Assembly (NCBI GenBank): GCA_965205675.1
Contig: OZ242186.1
Coordinates: forward strand, 576,001-640,000
Reading direction: 5' to 3'
DNA: 64,000 bases
From: Nitrosopumilus sp.
GTDB taxonomy: Archaea > Thermoproteota > Nitrososphaeria > Nitrososphaerales > Nitrosopumilaceae
Shown here: positions 40,010 through 50,784 of the stretch, one piece after another
Layout: each line of letters starts with the position of its first letter
Position numbering within the stretch: the first letter of the stretch is position 1
The notes under the pieces: model-generated
The model's input: the letters and a program-made list of their open reading frames with translations, nothing else
What the model was told of the DNA's origin: nothing
Databases searched by the model: none
Translations under genes and position numbers: made by a program

Positions 40010-41125
40010 CTAACTATAATTTTGTACAAATTCTCTCCTCTCCTTTAACATCCAATAAATCACCCTCAGGATCTTTGATGCACCAGCTACTGCAGCTTTG
40101 GATGATCCTCTTTTCTTTTTAATGCGATTGTAAAATTTTGTAATGTCACTATCCTTGGCATGAATTGCATGAGTGTGTATGCATTCTGTTAGAACCCATC
40201 TCAATGTCATGCTTCCCCTTTTTGTTATTCTGCCATGGTGTATTGTATCTGCAGAGTTTCTAACTGATGGTACAACTCCTGCATATGCACACAGTTTGTG
40301 AGAATCATTGAATCTCTCAATATCTGCAATCTCTGATGCAATGACAAGCGAAGAATAATGCCCAATTCCCGGAATCGAGTTTATCAAAATTGCATCAGGA
40401 TTAACTTTTACAGCAGCATACACTTTGGAATTAATCTCTGCAATCTGTAAATTAAGGTGGCTGATTTGTTGCAAGAATCCGTCTATTCTGTAATCTCCTA
40501 GTGCCTTGAGTCTTCTGTTGTATGTTTCAGTGAATGTAACTCCTGGAATCCTGATTCCTTCCTGTAACAATATTCCATGAACTGAATTCTTGACAGATGT
40601 TCTCCATTGGATTAGTTTTTTCCTATATCTTACAAGCTGTCTTTGTTGTACAATCTTTTTGTCTGGAACATAACATGTGGCAATGTATCCTCCTCGTAAA
40701 AGATCTGCCAATATCTTGGCATCAATCTTGTCTGTTTTCTTTTTTGATGTAGCAATTGCCTTTGTCAAATATGGGTTTGAGAGTGTGACGTTTTTGTATC
40801 CCAAAGTATCTGTGAGAAATCGATACGTGTCATACCAGACTGATGAGGATTCCATTACAATATTTGCAGAAATTGGTATTTTTGCAAAATGCTTCCTGAT
40901 AGATTCATGAGTGTTATCCACTTTGTCATTTTGTAATACTTTGCCTGCATCATCCATTATTGCTACTTGAAGAAACTTCTTGTGCAGGTCAATGCCCACA
41001 AACATGCCTTTCTTTGGTTTCTTCCTAATCTGTTTGTTTGTAATCTTTTTTGGAGCCGAGTATTTACGAACCTTGGAACTAGATTCATTTTTTATGCTAT
41101 CTGATTTCCTTGCTTTCTTATTCAC
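40010..41125 (-). CDS. IS110-family DEDD recombinase
   Basis: GIDLH (D), VMES (E), KTDKIDA (DD), SIPGIG and AYAGVVPSVRNS (catalytic S). Confidence 0.95.
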   Translation of the reverse strand: MNKKARKSDSIKNESSSKVRKYSAPKKITNKQIRKKPKKGMFVGIDLHKKFLQVAIMDDAGKVLQNDKVDNTHESIRKHFAKIPISANIVMESSSVWYDTYRFLTDTLGYKNVTLSNPYLTKAIATSKKKTDKIDAKILADLLRGGYIATCYVPDKKIVQQRQLVRYRKKLIQWRTSVKNSVHGILLQEGIRIPGVTFTETYNRRLKALGDYRIDGFLQQISHLNLQIAEINSKVYAAVKVNPDAILINSIPGIGHYSSLVIASEIADIERFNDSHKLCAYAGVVPSVRNSADTIHHGRITKRGSMTLRWVLTECIHTHAIHAKDSDITKFYNRIKKKRGSSKAAVAGASKILRVIYWMLKERREFVQNYS

Positions 41126-41285
41126 ATATAGTTATTCATATATAATTACAGCAAAATGCCAGCAACGATGATATCTGTTCATATTTAACAAAATCTCAAA
41201 GGACGTAACTTTTTTTCAAATTACATCTGATTTTATATCGTATATTGTGCTTGAAAAATTTCAGAAAAAAAAATCTTGATATTTT

Positions 41286-42446
41286 CTAATTTTTGCTTAT
41301 TTTGATATGTACTTTTTCACCTTTGTTTGAATTATTTTGATAAACTGTTCTGGTTTTGTATCCTTGTCTTTGAAGACATCCATCTAAAACTGATACCCAT
41401 GGTAATGAATGTCCACTGTTAAGTTTTGATTCTATTGTGATGTTTTTGGTATTTGCCTCAAAATTTACATGTCCTGAACACATAATTTGCATTACTGCAT
41501 CCATTATCTCAATTACGTCGTCTAGTGTTTTTGTTTTTAGATATATCCCATTTTTTTCTAATAATTTGAACATATCTGCTTCAGATTTTTTTGATATCAT
41601 TGCAGAATTTAGCAGATATGTTAGTCCTGACTCATTAACTATTTTAATAATTTTATAAATTTCCTGGGCTTCTGTCTTTGTCATATCTGCAAGTGCTTTT
41701 GTTTTTATTGCATTTTTCCAAATGTTTGCAAATATCTTTTCTTGATTTATTCCTAAAATCTCAGTTGATGAAAATATTGCCCCTTTTCCATTATCGCTGT
41801 TTACCATTAGTAATTCTGTTTCATCAAATATGAAACAGTTTTGTGTAATCTCTGATGCTCTAATTTCTGCTCTGTCTGGAATTGCTCTATATGATTCAGA
41901 ACAAATCTGTGATGGCAAAACAATGATTTTAACATCTAGATTACGACGTAATACTGATGCTAGTTGTTCTCTGCATTCTGCTAACAATCCAAATCCCCAT
42001 TGATCCGCCATAATTCTGATTGATGTTTTTGATCCTTCAATCATTGTTTGAAGTTGAGTTAATACATTATTTGCACTCAAATGGAAATATCTTTTTTCTT
42101 CAGATCCTCTTGTTCTCCTACTTTCTTCACTTGCCTTTTTTAAATTAGAAATTAGTGTATTCATTGCATTTACTTTGTTAATTTGTTCATGAATAATTCC
42201 ATCAAAAGCATCTTCTGGAGCAATTGCAGTACACATGATTGGCTTGCTTTTAGATATGATGACTAGTTTTTTATTTTCTAATTTTAGCAAGGTTGGATAG
42301 ATTTTTGTTCTAGGAATTTCTGAATAATATGCTAATTCACTAGCTGAAATTGTCCCTTTTGCAATTAGGGCCACGTATGCACGTGCTTCATATTTACTTA
42401 ATCCAAATTCTTCTAGACTAACTGTTAAAATATGTTCATTTACCAT
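41286..42446 (-). CDS. TrmB family transcriptional regulator
   Basis: FGLSKYEARAY..SEIPRTKIY. Confidence 0.9.
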   Translation of the reverse strand: MVNEHILTVSLEEFGLSKYEARAYVALIAKGTISASELAYYSEIPRTKIYPTLLKLENKKLVIISKSKPIMCTAIAPEDAFDGIIHEQINKVNAMNTLISNLKKASEESRRTRGSEEKRYFHLSANNVLTQLQTMIEGSKTSIRIMADQWGFGLLAECREQLASVLRRNLDVKIIVLPSQICSESYRAIPDRAEIRASEITQNCFIFDETELLMVNSDNGKGAIFSSTEILGINQEKIFANIWKNAIKTKALADMTKTEAQEIYKIIKIVNESGLTYLLNSAMISKKSEADMFKLLEKNGIYLKTKTLDDVIEIMDAVMQIMCSGHVNFEANTKNITIESKLNSGHSLPWVSVLDGCLQRQGYKTRTVYQNNSNKGEKVHIKISKN

Positions 42447-42605
42447 GATTATCCTTGATTTGTTATTAGGTAAAATTGAGAGCTAAATTCCTTTACACAA
42501 ATACTCAAAAAAAATCAAAATTGTATCTGTAGCTTGGTGTAACTGTGGTTACTAAATTAATTGTTACAACGTCCTCAAATACCAAATTTTGAAGTTTCAA
42601 TTGGC

Positions 42606-43169
42606 ATGTTGGTAAAATGTAATGTTGATTCATTTGAGATTGAAAATATCTCATATTCTGTGACTCTCGCCCCTAGATTGAAATATGCTGTTAATCTTTT
42701 AGATGAAATTATTAGTGTTTTAATCTCTAAACAGGATGAATTAAAAAATTCAAATAAAATTCTAATTCCTAATTTTGATGAATCTGATAAAACTAATCTT
42801 GATGCTCTTAAATTAGAATATTTGATATTTCTTTCTTTAGACACTCTTCTCCAAATAAAGAAAAGCATGAAAAGAATTTCTAATGTAAATAGCATTCCTG
42901 AAGTTCTTCCCCCCTCAATCCCCATGATTAGAACTGTTAGCGCACAATTATTTGATATTCTTCCAAATTGCAGTCAAAAATTATCTGAAATTTCTGTTCA
43001 TTTAGGCAGCATTGTGCTTGATTCTGCTGCTCTTACTACTGCTAGATTTGATTTCGGTCAATCAAATATGGAATCTGCAACTTTACTTAATGAAGTAAAA
43101 TTGATGGTCAACTCTAAATTAAATAAGCAGTACCCTAATCTTGATTTTCTCAAACTATGCAATACTTGA
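42606..43169 (+). CDS. divergent ESCRT-III/CdvB-like paralogue
   Basis: L.PRL..., LPP.IP.IRTV, L.EIS..LGSI and K.NKQYP pattern of thaumarchaeal Snf7-like proteins; two genes upstream of cdvC; start uncertain. Confidence 0.65.
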   Translation: MLVKCNVDSFEIENISYSVTLAPRLKYAVNLLDEIISVLISKQDELKNSNKILIPNFDESDKTNLDALKLEYLIFLSLDTLLQIKKSMKRISNVNSIPEVLPPSIPMIRTVSAQLFDILPNCSQKLSEISVHLGSIVLDSAALTTARFDFGQSNMESATLLNEVKLMVNSKLNKQYPNLDFLKLCNT

Positions 43170-43657
43170 GAGTATTAAATCAAAAACGAAATTTTACAAA
43201 AGACATGGAGCGTATTAAGCTCATCTCTTTAAAAATTGATAAAAAATTATCTCGAATGAAATTATCTGATGATTCAAAAATTGATAAACTTACTCTAGAA
43301 GAATTACAGGATTTAGATAAAATTGTTGGTATTGCTGATTTTATGATGTGTAAATATGCTGATAAACAAGAAATGCGTTCAATTTTAAAGCATTTTACTT
43401 CAATCATTACTGAAACTGCTAGTTCTTTGGAATCTTTAGATGATGAGGTGGCCGAGTTGATAATTTCAGCTGAAGATTCTATTTGTAAAGTCAAAGATAT
43501 GCATACTAATATTTCTGAAAAATCTGATTTTAAGAAGAAATATCATGATGGGCCTGACTACAATGAACATGAAACAAGTGCAATTAATTTAACCAATTTT
43601 GCTACTGAGGTTCACACCATAGAATACCAACAAAATTATCCAAGAAAACTTGCGTAG
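43157..43657 (+). CDS. hypothetical helical protein in the cdvC operon
   Basis: Overlaps the upstream gene and ends 9 nt before cdvC. Confidence 0.7.
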   Translation: MQYLRVLNQKRNFTKDMERIKLISLKIDKKLSRMKLSDDSKIDKLTLEELQDLDKIVGIADFMMCKYADKQEMRSILKHFTSIITETASSLESLDDEVAELIISAEDSICKVKDMHTNISEKSDFKKKYHDGPDYNEHETSAINLTNFATEVHTIEYQQNYPRKLA

Positions 43658-43666
43658 GTAATTAGG

Positions 43667-44860
43667 ATGAGTTTGGCCCCCCAAGAATTAGAAAACACAG
43701 CAAGCAAATATGCTTCTGAAGCTATCAAATTTGATTCTCAAGGTGCTCGGGGTATGGCAATTACTCATTATCAACAAGCAATTGATTCTCTAGTAAAATT
43801 ATTACAATTATATCCAAACAGTAAACTGAACCAAATCTACAAAGAACGATGTAATTCTTATCATAGTAGAATTCAAGCTTTGCAACAATCTCATGGTGTT
43901 GAGCCTGCAGTTGATCCAAAAGCTTCTGATTCAGACCAAAAGAAATCTGTACAGAGACAAGAAAATGAAAATGATTTTGAAGAATTAGTCATGAAAGAAA
44001 AACCTGATGTTACTTGGGATCAAGTAATTGGTTTAGATGATGCTAAAAGTGCATTACGTGAATCTATTGTATATCCTACTAAAAGACCTGACTTATTTCC
44101 ACTTGGTTGGCCAAAAGGCATGTTATTGTATGGGCCACCAGGAACAGGAAAGACTATGCTTGCAGCAGCTACTGCAAATGAAATGGATGGCTATTTCATT
44201 AATGTTGATGCATCATCTATGATGAGTAAATGGCTGGGTGAGGCTGAAAAGAATGTTTCAAAATTATTTGCTATGGCAAGACAATATGCTGAAAAAGAAG
44301 GTAAACCTGTTATTTTGTTTGTAGATGAAGTTGATTCCCTATTAGGTTCCAGAAATAGTGAGGTTGGTGGGGAAGTTAGAACTAAAAATCAATTTTTAAC
44401 TGAAATGGATGGAGTAAATGGAAAAGGAAAAGATTTGATGTTGTATGTAATTGGTGCAACAAACAAACCTTGGAGTCTTGATTGGCCATTTCTTAGACGA
44501 TTCCAAAAGAGAATTTATGTATCGCTACCTACACAAGCAGCTAGGGAAAATCTCTTTGAACAATACACTGCTCCTTTGAGTAAAAATCTCAATGTAAATA
44601 ATAGAGAACTTGCAAAAATATTTGATGGTTACAGTGCAAGTGACATCAAAGATGTCTGTCAAGCAGCACAGATTAAAACAGTTCATGAAATTTTTGATTC
44701 TCCTGATTATCATGAGCCTGTTGAAGGTGAAGAGCCAATTCAACCTAGGGCACTCACAACAGCTGATTTCAAAAATATTATGGAAAGAAGAAAACCGAGT
44801 GTTTCCCCTGAGATGATTAGAGCATATCATAAGTGGAGCGAAGAGTTCCAAGCCCTCTAA
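43667..44860 (+). CDS. cdvC: Vps4/CdvC AAA ATPase
   Basis: N-terminal MIT domain, GPPGTGKT, SKWLGEAEK, DEVD, ATNKPW and RRFQKR. Confidence 0.93.
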   Translation: MSLAPQELENTASKYASEAIKFDSQGARGMAITHYQQAIDSLVKLLQLYPNSKLNQIYKERCNSYHSRIQALQQSHGVEPAVDPKASDSDQKKSVQRQENENDFEELVMKEKPDVTWDQVIGLDDAKSALRESIVYPTKRPDLFPLGWPKGMLLYGPPGTGKTMLAAATANEMDGYFINVDASSMMSKWLGEAEKNVSKLFAMARQYAEKEGKPVILFVDEVDSLLGSRNSEVGGEVRTKNQFLTEMDGVNGKGKDLMLYVIGATNKPWSLDWPFLRRFQKRIYVSLPTQAARENLFEQYTAPLSKNLNVNNRELAKIFDGYSASDIKDVCQAAQIKTVHEIFDSPDYHEPVEGEEPIQPRALTTADFKNIMERRKPSVSPEMIRAYHKWSEEFQAL

Positions 44861-45474
44861 TTGTTAACTTTTAATTTATGATCAGTTTTTTGAATTTTTA
44901 ATACGCATAAAACTTAAACTTTAGGTGCGGGTTTTGGTCGTTTGGTTTCATCTGTGTGGTATTTTGGGCATAATTTTGGCATTTTTTCTGAATTTTCAAG
45001 ATTAATTTTGATTGTAATGATGCCAATTTATGAATCAGGTTTTCAACAAAATTAAATTTTTTCTACATCTCCATTCTTGACAATAAAGGAAATAATTGTG
45101 GAAAACTTCAACCATTATGCATAGATCCTCAAACTTTTGTGTCTGGTATTGTGGTAAAAATGAGATTATCAAAAGAATATTTTATTTCAAAATCTTATTT
45201 TGAATTAATTGATAAAATGTATCTCGCGTTGAATTCCATTCCAATTAAATCTGGAGATAAGCCTGTAAATGTCGACAAAAGAAATCTGGACAAGGTAATC
45301 AAAATAAATTTCAGTTTTGAAACAAATCATCTTGAATCACTAGAAATCAAATCGGGTTTTAAATCCAAAATTATTTCTGCTGATAGAATAATTAGAGTCG
45401 GAGAAAAAAATTACTATAAAATCAATTTCAAATTAATGCAATTATTTCTTTTTTTGAGAATTTTTTGTAATCAT

Positions 45475-46624
45475 TATAGTTAAGGCATTAAATATTTGAA
45501 CACTTTAACAACTCGAACCGCTCCATTATCTAGTCTCTTCTGCATGTGTTTTCTCATTTCAGTTCCATTTGCAAAGAATGTATTGGCATTACCATTTTTC
45601 TCTTCTCTCCACTGTATCTCAATTGGATTGAGTTCTGGAGTGTATGCAGGAAAATATCTAATTATTACTTTATTTTTTGGTGCTTTGAGAAATTCTTTTA
45701 CTCGGACACTTTTGTGGTATGATGCATTATCTGCAAACAGTAACAATTTCTTACCAAATTGTTTTTGCAGTGATTCTAAAAAATCAAGAAATGAGTCTGT
45801 GTTTGATTTATCATAGAACCTGCAAAAAAATACACCGTTATTGCCCAATGCACCAAATGATTGAAATTTTTCTCGAGTGTAATTAATTGGTGTGGTAATG
45901 TTATTGCCTGCAAGATACCATCCGCGCTTTATGTTGGGTGCTACTTTATTTGTTGACTCGTCCAGACATAGTGTGGTGTATCCCAATTTGGAATATTTTT
46001 TGATACTCCTTTTTGCGTTTTTTTAAAACGGGTTTGTTCCTCTTTTGAGGCTGATTTGTGATGAGTCTGTCTTGGTTTTTTAGATGAGAATCCGATTCTG
46101 TGCAGCAATTCACGCATTCCTCTTGCAGAGTATAGCGTGTTGTATTTTTTATTCACATGTGTAATTACCATTCTTGTACTCCACATGAATTGATTGAATC
46201 CAAACTTTTCTGGACCTGAAATTAGATCATCTCTTAATGACACTAGTTGTTTTTTATTTAAGAAACATCTAGAGCCAGAATATTCCTTACGGTGTGATGC
46301 AGTTATTCCCTCTTTATCCATTCGATTTAGCCAGTAGGACAGAGTTGATGGTATGACATCCAAACTGGCACATATCACAGAATACGGAATATCTTGTTTT
46401 CTTAGTATTGCAGCCTTTAATCTTATCTTCGCTTTTGCATTTTTTTCATTCTTGCATGTTTTTCTTAAAAAATTAATGCTTGTTCCTTTCATGAAATGGC
46501 TTCCTGAAGATACCATTAATGCTTTAGTTTGTTTTGACATGATTCTGTAAGTATAAACTATGATCTAGATCTTTTGGGTTAAAATAGTTGATAATTCGTT
46601 CAAAATTTATATGCCTAAACTATA
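45475..46624 (-). mobile_element. IS630-family element, apparently complete
   Basis: Imperfect ~27-bp IRs TATAGTT(A/T)AGGCAT..TTTGAAC, with the TA duplication included in the coordinates. Confidence 0.92.
45480..46540 (-). CDS. IS630 transposase in two frames joined by a probable -1 frameshift
   Basis: HTH ORF 45941-46540 plus DDE ORF (LDES, ADNASYH, PELNPIE); slippery TTTTAAAAAAA at 46018-46028 on the minus strand. Confidence 0.88.
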
Positions 46625-47090
46625 GCACTTTGTCGTTAAATCTTTGATTAGGAATGAATATTTTTGAACCTTCTTTTGTAGCTGCTGTTGTTTTTGATAG
46701 TCCTATCTTATTATTTCTCCTTTAGATTCTTTGATCTGGATTATATCTTCTACATTCACTTCATTGTTGAAAAATATTCATATTCCTGAAAAACCCCATT
46801 TTTTAATGTGTTTTGAAATGACATGCATAGAGCAATCATTCCCACTCCGATAGATGTAACAATTTCCAAAGCAAAATCAAAAAGATCATAAATTAATCCT
46901 AAAAATAACAATTCCCTAAAAACTATCAGAATAGATGACATCGTGAGAATTTTCTGATTTCCATGAAGATCTTTTAATTTATGATTGATGATTACTTTGG
47001 AAACAAAGAATAATGATACTGTAATTACAAGTAAAACTAAAACTGGAACGATGTCTTCTGCCCTTGTATGTTGTGTATTTGATATTGTCT
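46625..47090 (-). pseudogene. MscS small-conductance mechanosensitive channel pseudogene
   Basis: SIGVGMIALCMSFQNTLKN / SGI*IFFNNEVNVEDIIQI..KGEI / GLSKT..EGSKIFIPN in shifting frames; IS630 sits at its 3' end. Confidence 0.72.
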
Positions 47091-47204
47091 GGGAAAAGAA
47101 CGTTTGTTTATACTTGAATGTATGTGATTTGAATAGAATCTGTTATTGGTTAAATTTTCGGGGCCTATTTACAATAATGATGTTAAAATAATTGATTTGG
47201 ATTA

Positions 47205-47684
47205 ATGTTGTGTTGGTTATGCATGGTTAAAAAAAGTAAAAAATCTAAGTATTTCAAAAAAATAGTTCAAAAAAACCAAGAAATTTTTGATGACTTGACA
47301 AAAAATTATTCCCAAACTGTAGAATCTGGAAAACAGTTAGGGAAAGATTCGTTGGAAAAGATTAATGATGTAACTACTACTGGAACTGAATTTTCAAAAT
47401 CTCAACAATATATAAAATTAATTAAAGAAAGATCTCTAAAAATGAAAGAGAAGAGTTCAGAACAGAGTGAGATATTAAAAAAACAAAGTCCAAAGTTTTA
47501 CAAGAAAATTAGAAATGGATTATTTTGTTTTTTTGAATTAATTGTTGGGGGAATTAAGCTGGGTACACAGTATGATGCTGCAAGTCTTGAGATTTTAGAA
47601 AAATTGGCTAAACTCAAAGAATTAGGGATAATTACTGAAAAAGAATTTACTGATAAAAAGAAAAAAATCTTGGAGAGGATTTGA
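47205..47684 (+). CDS. SHOCT domain protein
   Basis: C-terminal LEKLAKLKELGIITEKEFTDKKKKIL. Confidence 0.8.
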   Translation: MLCWLCMVKKSKKSKYFKKIVQKNQEIFDDLTKNYSQTVESGKQLGKDSLEKINDVTTTGTEFSKSQQYIKLIKERSLKMKEKSSEQSEILKKQSPKFYKKIRNGLFCFFELIVGGIKLGTQYDAASLEILEKLAKLKELGIITEKEFTDKKKKILERI

Positions 47685-47690
47685 TTTATT

Positions 47691-48437
47691 TTGATACATG
47701 AAACAGATTTGAAACCTACAGCTGTTTCTGAAAAACAAACGATTGTTTTACGAACAAAACTAAAACCTCAAGAAATAATGGATATTTTTGAAAAGAAAAA
47801 AACATCTCTTTTTGGTTCAGCATTGCGACGTCCTAAACCATCTGAAATTATTTCCAAACCTTTTGAATTGTTTTTAGAACAATTCATCCATGTCTCAGGT
47901 TCTTATTCCATTAACTTTGAACGCGAGGTATGTTACATAATCAAAGTTGATGAGAATGTCACTGATGTTACTATTGGTAATGATAAATTTGCAGTAGCTA
48001 ATGTTTCTGGTGTCTTTGAGAAATTTGGTAAAAAAATGAAAGAAGGTGTTGGATTGACAAAAAAAGATCTGAAAATCAATGTGATAGAACATGCAGTAGA
48101 TGGTGTTGATGACTCGCTGTATTTTGATTCTAACGGGTTAGAGTCTACTTTTGATTATGCTATTAATTCCGATTCTATTGAGAATTACTCTCAAAAAATA
48201 TTGGATGCAAATAAAGGGCATATTCGAAATGTACCACTTGAAGAAAAGATGATTTTTTCTAAATTGGCACAAAACCTGAAGAAAAATCTTGACTCTAACA
48301 TACAAATTAATTCTGAAGATTTTACTATAACTGAATTTAAAGAAATATTCGTTCCAATTTATGAAATAAAATGTCACGATACAAAAGGCAAATCTGCTGT
48401 GGCACGAATTGATGCTTTAACTGGGAAATTTTTCTAA
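47691..48437 (+). CDS. hypothetical protein (248 aa)
   Basis: In operon; C-terminal VPIY..IDALTGK. Confidence 0.75.
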   Translation: MIHETDLKPTAVSEKQTIVLRTKLKPQEIMDIFEKKKTSLFGSALRRPKPSEIISKPFELFLEQFIHVSGSYSINFEREVCYIIKVDENVTDVTIGNDKFAVANVSGVFEKFGKKMKEGVGLTKKDLKINVIEHAVDGVDDSLYFDSNGLESTFDYAINSDSIENYSQKILDANKGHIRNVPLEEKMIFSKLAQNLKKNLDSNIQINSEDFTITEFKEIFVPIYEIKCHDTKGKSAVARIDALTGKFF

Positions 48438-48449
48438 TAGGTTTCTGAT

Positions 48450-48701
48450 ATGCAAGCCTATATCTTGATCAAATGTACTTCTGGTTCTGAAAATAAGATA
48501 ATTTCGGAATTTAATGAACTACCAGAAATAGTTGAAATAAATGGGATTTGGGGAATGTATGATATTTTTCTAAAAGTTGTAACTCAAGATCCTTTTGGTG
48601 TGGATGTAATCGTTAAAAGACTACGAAATTATCCTGATGTCACTTTAACAGAGACTTGTGACGTATTGTATGGACAAGGTGGAACGATAGATCATCAATA
48701 A
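48450..48701 (+). CDS. Lrp/AsnC ligand-binding (RAM) domain protein
   Basis: AYILI..G.E, G.YDIFLKV and V..TET; no HTH. Confidence 0.85.
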   Translation: MQAYILIKCTSGSENKIISEFNELPEIVEINGIWGMYDIFLKVVTQDPFGVDVIVKRLRNYPDVTLTETCDVLYGQGGTIDHQ

Positions 48702-48741
48702 AAATGGATTTAATTTTTAAAATTTCTGGAAAAGATGAATT

Positions 48742-50526
48742 TTGACTGTCGAAGTAACTGATTTTTTAGCATTATTGGCATTGCTGCTTGGAGGAGGTAT
48801 GATTGGAGCAGGAATAATGAAAAAAATAAAATTTCCTACTATTATTGGTTTTATTTTAATTGGAATGATAGCTGGTCCATATGGTCTTGGTATTGTAGAT
48901 GATGTAGAGTTAATCAATTTACTTGCAGAGCTTGGAATTATTATTCTTCTATTTGTTGTAGGATTGGAGTTTAGTTTACAGAAATTACGAAAGGCAGGAA
49001 TAAAACCAATTGTTGTGGGAATGTCAGAACTTTCCATAATGTTCTTCTTGGCATACATTGGTGCATTTTCTTTTGGTTGGTCTCATTTAGAAGCACTATA
49101 CCTTGCAGGAATTTTATCTATTAGTAGCACTGCAATTTCTCTTCGAGTTTTAAGAGATTTGAATTTGGTTAAAACTAAAGAATTCAATACTGTAATTACA
49201 ATTTTAATCGTTGAAGATCTTGCAGCTGTATTACTCTTAGTTATTCTAGGGAATGCGTCAGCTGGTGCTGAACTTGACTTTACAGGAATCGGAATTTTAG
49301 TTTTACAGAGTTTAACGTTCTTTGTTGTTGCATTAGGTTTAGGAATTAAGTTGATTCCAAAGTTATTGGAAAAAATTCATGGATTGGATATTCCTGAAGG
49401 TCCTTTCATCACTGCATTAGCTCTGGGCTTTGGTTTGGCTGTTCTTGCTCATTTTCTAGGGCAAAGTTCTGCCATTGGAGCGTTTATCATGGGAATGATT
49501 ATTGCATCATCAAAACATTCTGAACGTATTACTGAAAAAATTCTCCCATTACGAGATTTCTTTGGAGTGATATTCTTTGTATCTATTGGAATGCTTGTCA
49601 ACATTATGGCAATTCCTGAAGTTGCTTTGATTTCAATACCTATCATAATCTTAGCCATAATTGGAAAGTTTGTGGGTAATTTCTTTGGAGCATCAATTGG
49701 AGGTCTTGGTGTTACTGGTGCATCCACTGTGGGAACTGTCATGGTGCCTAGAGGAGAGTTTTCATTTATCATGGCAAAACAGGCAGTAGATAGCGGTTCT
49801 GTTAGAGATGCGCTGTATCCTGTTACTATGCTTGTAACATTAGCAACAATGCTGTGCATCCCATTATTGTTGAGAATACTTCCAACCCTCACAAATTCTC
49901 AAAGCATGGTTCCTATGAAATTACTAAACTCTATTTTCATTGTTGGTAGATTTTTTCACAAATTGATGAGTTCATCTGATGAAGATAACCAATTCAATAA
50001 GTTACTCAAAGAACATGGTCCAAAGTTTTTTGTAAATTTGATGATAGTTATTGCAATTTTGGCCATAATTGATTACTTTACTGATCAAATAGTGGCAATC
50101 ATCACTCAAATTGGAATTCCTTTAGCTCTTGAACCCGAAATATTACTAACAATTGTCAGTATTTTGTTAATTATTTACCCTGTAATTGCAATGCTTGGTA
50201 AAATTGAAAGACTTGTAACAAACATATCTGATATTTTATCTACAAAACTAATTCCTGCTGATACAAAAAAACTAGAAGAAAAACCTTTACATAGATTACT
50301 GAGAAATATTTTCTTTGTTGGATTTATTTTGGTATTAATTGCAGTAATACAACCATACATTGGAGATATTGAATTCCTTCCGATTTTACCATTTATTATA
50401 TCTGGAATTGGTCTTGCAATAGCAATTTTGTTAATTGCAGATTCTGTATTTGTATTTCAAAAACTATCTCATGGGCATATTATGGAGAGTTTAATGAAAG
50501 ATGATGAAGATTTTGAATCAAAATAA
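48742..50526 (+). CDS. CPA2 cation:proton antiporter with a C-terminal membrane extension
   Basis: LAELG..LLF.VGLE, SSTAI, VEDL, FFVSIG and PRGEFS. Confidence 0.9.
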   Translation: MTVEVTDFLALLALLLGGGMIGAGIMKKIKFPTIIGFILIGMIAGPYGLGIVDDVELINLLAELGIIILLFVVGLEFSLQKLRKAGIKPIVVGMSELSIMFFLAYIGAFSFGWSHLEALYLAGILSISSTAISLRVLRDLNLVKTKEFNTVITILIVEDLAAVLLLVILGNASAGAELDFTGIGILVLQSLTFFVVALGLGIKLIPKLLEKIHGLDIPEGPFITALALGFGLAVLAHFLGQSSAIGAFIMGMIIASSKHSERITEKILPLRDFFGVIFFVSIGMLVNIMAIPEVALISIPIIILAIIGKFVGNFFGASIGGLGVTGASTVGTVMVPRGEFSFIMAKQAVDSGSVRDALYPVTMLVTLATMLCIPLLLRILPTLTNSQSMVPMKLLNSIFIVGRFFHKLMSSSDEDNQFNKLLKEHGPKFFVNLMIVIAILAIIDYFTDQIVAIITQIGIPLALEPEILLTIVSILLIIYPVIAMLGKIERLVTNISDILSTKLIPADTKKLEEKPLHRLLRNIFFVGFILVLIAVIQPYIGDIEFLPILPFIISGIGLAIAILLIADSVFVFQKLSHGHIMESLMKDDEDFESK

Positions 50527-50784
50527 AGTGTCCCACATGCGTATAGAGGAATCACTATTTTCTAGAGGTACCTAAAATGTTCTTCTGCACATATGTCACA
50601 ACAAAAATTCCTTGTAAATAATTCAAATTTTTTCTCACAATTTTTACATTTTACATCTATAGCAGTTCGTCAAAAAATCTATTTCTTATAGTGGAAATAT
50701 TAATCGTTTTTACGTAAATGGGTAGTAGATTAGCCATAATTTGACTTGGGATAGTATTTGTACTGGTTTCAATTTTACTATGTG

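Larger units (their letters stand above)
39800..41148 (-). mobile_element. IS110-family element with IS1111-like layout (long 3' non-coding end, short subterminal IRs)
   Basis: TATAATTA at both junctions (39800-39807, 41141-41148); ATGTGAAT/ATTCATAT subterminal IR; rejoining the flanks restores the hydrophobic frame FAVIIVIFLLN. Confidence 0.82.

Noticed and set aside
45139-45483. 114-aa plus-strand ORF
   Set aside because: It has no motif, ends in the IS630 terminus and lies in AT-rich decayed sequence.
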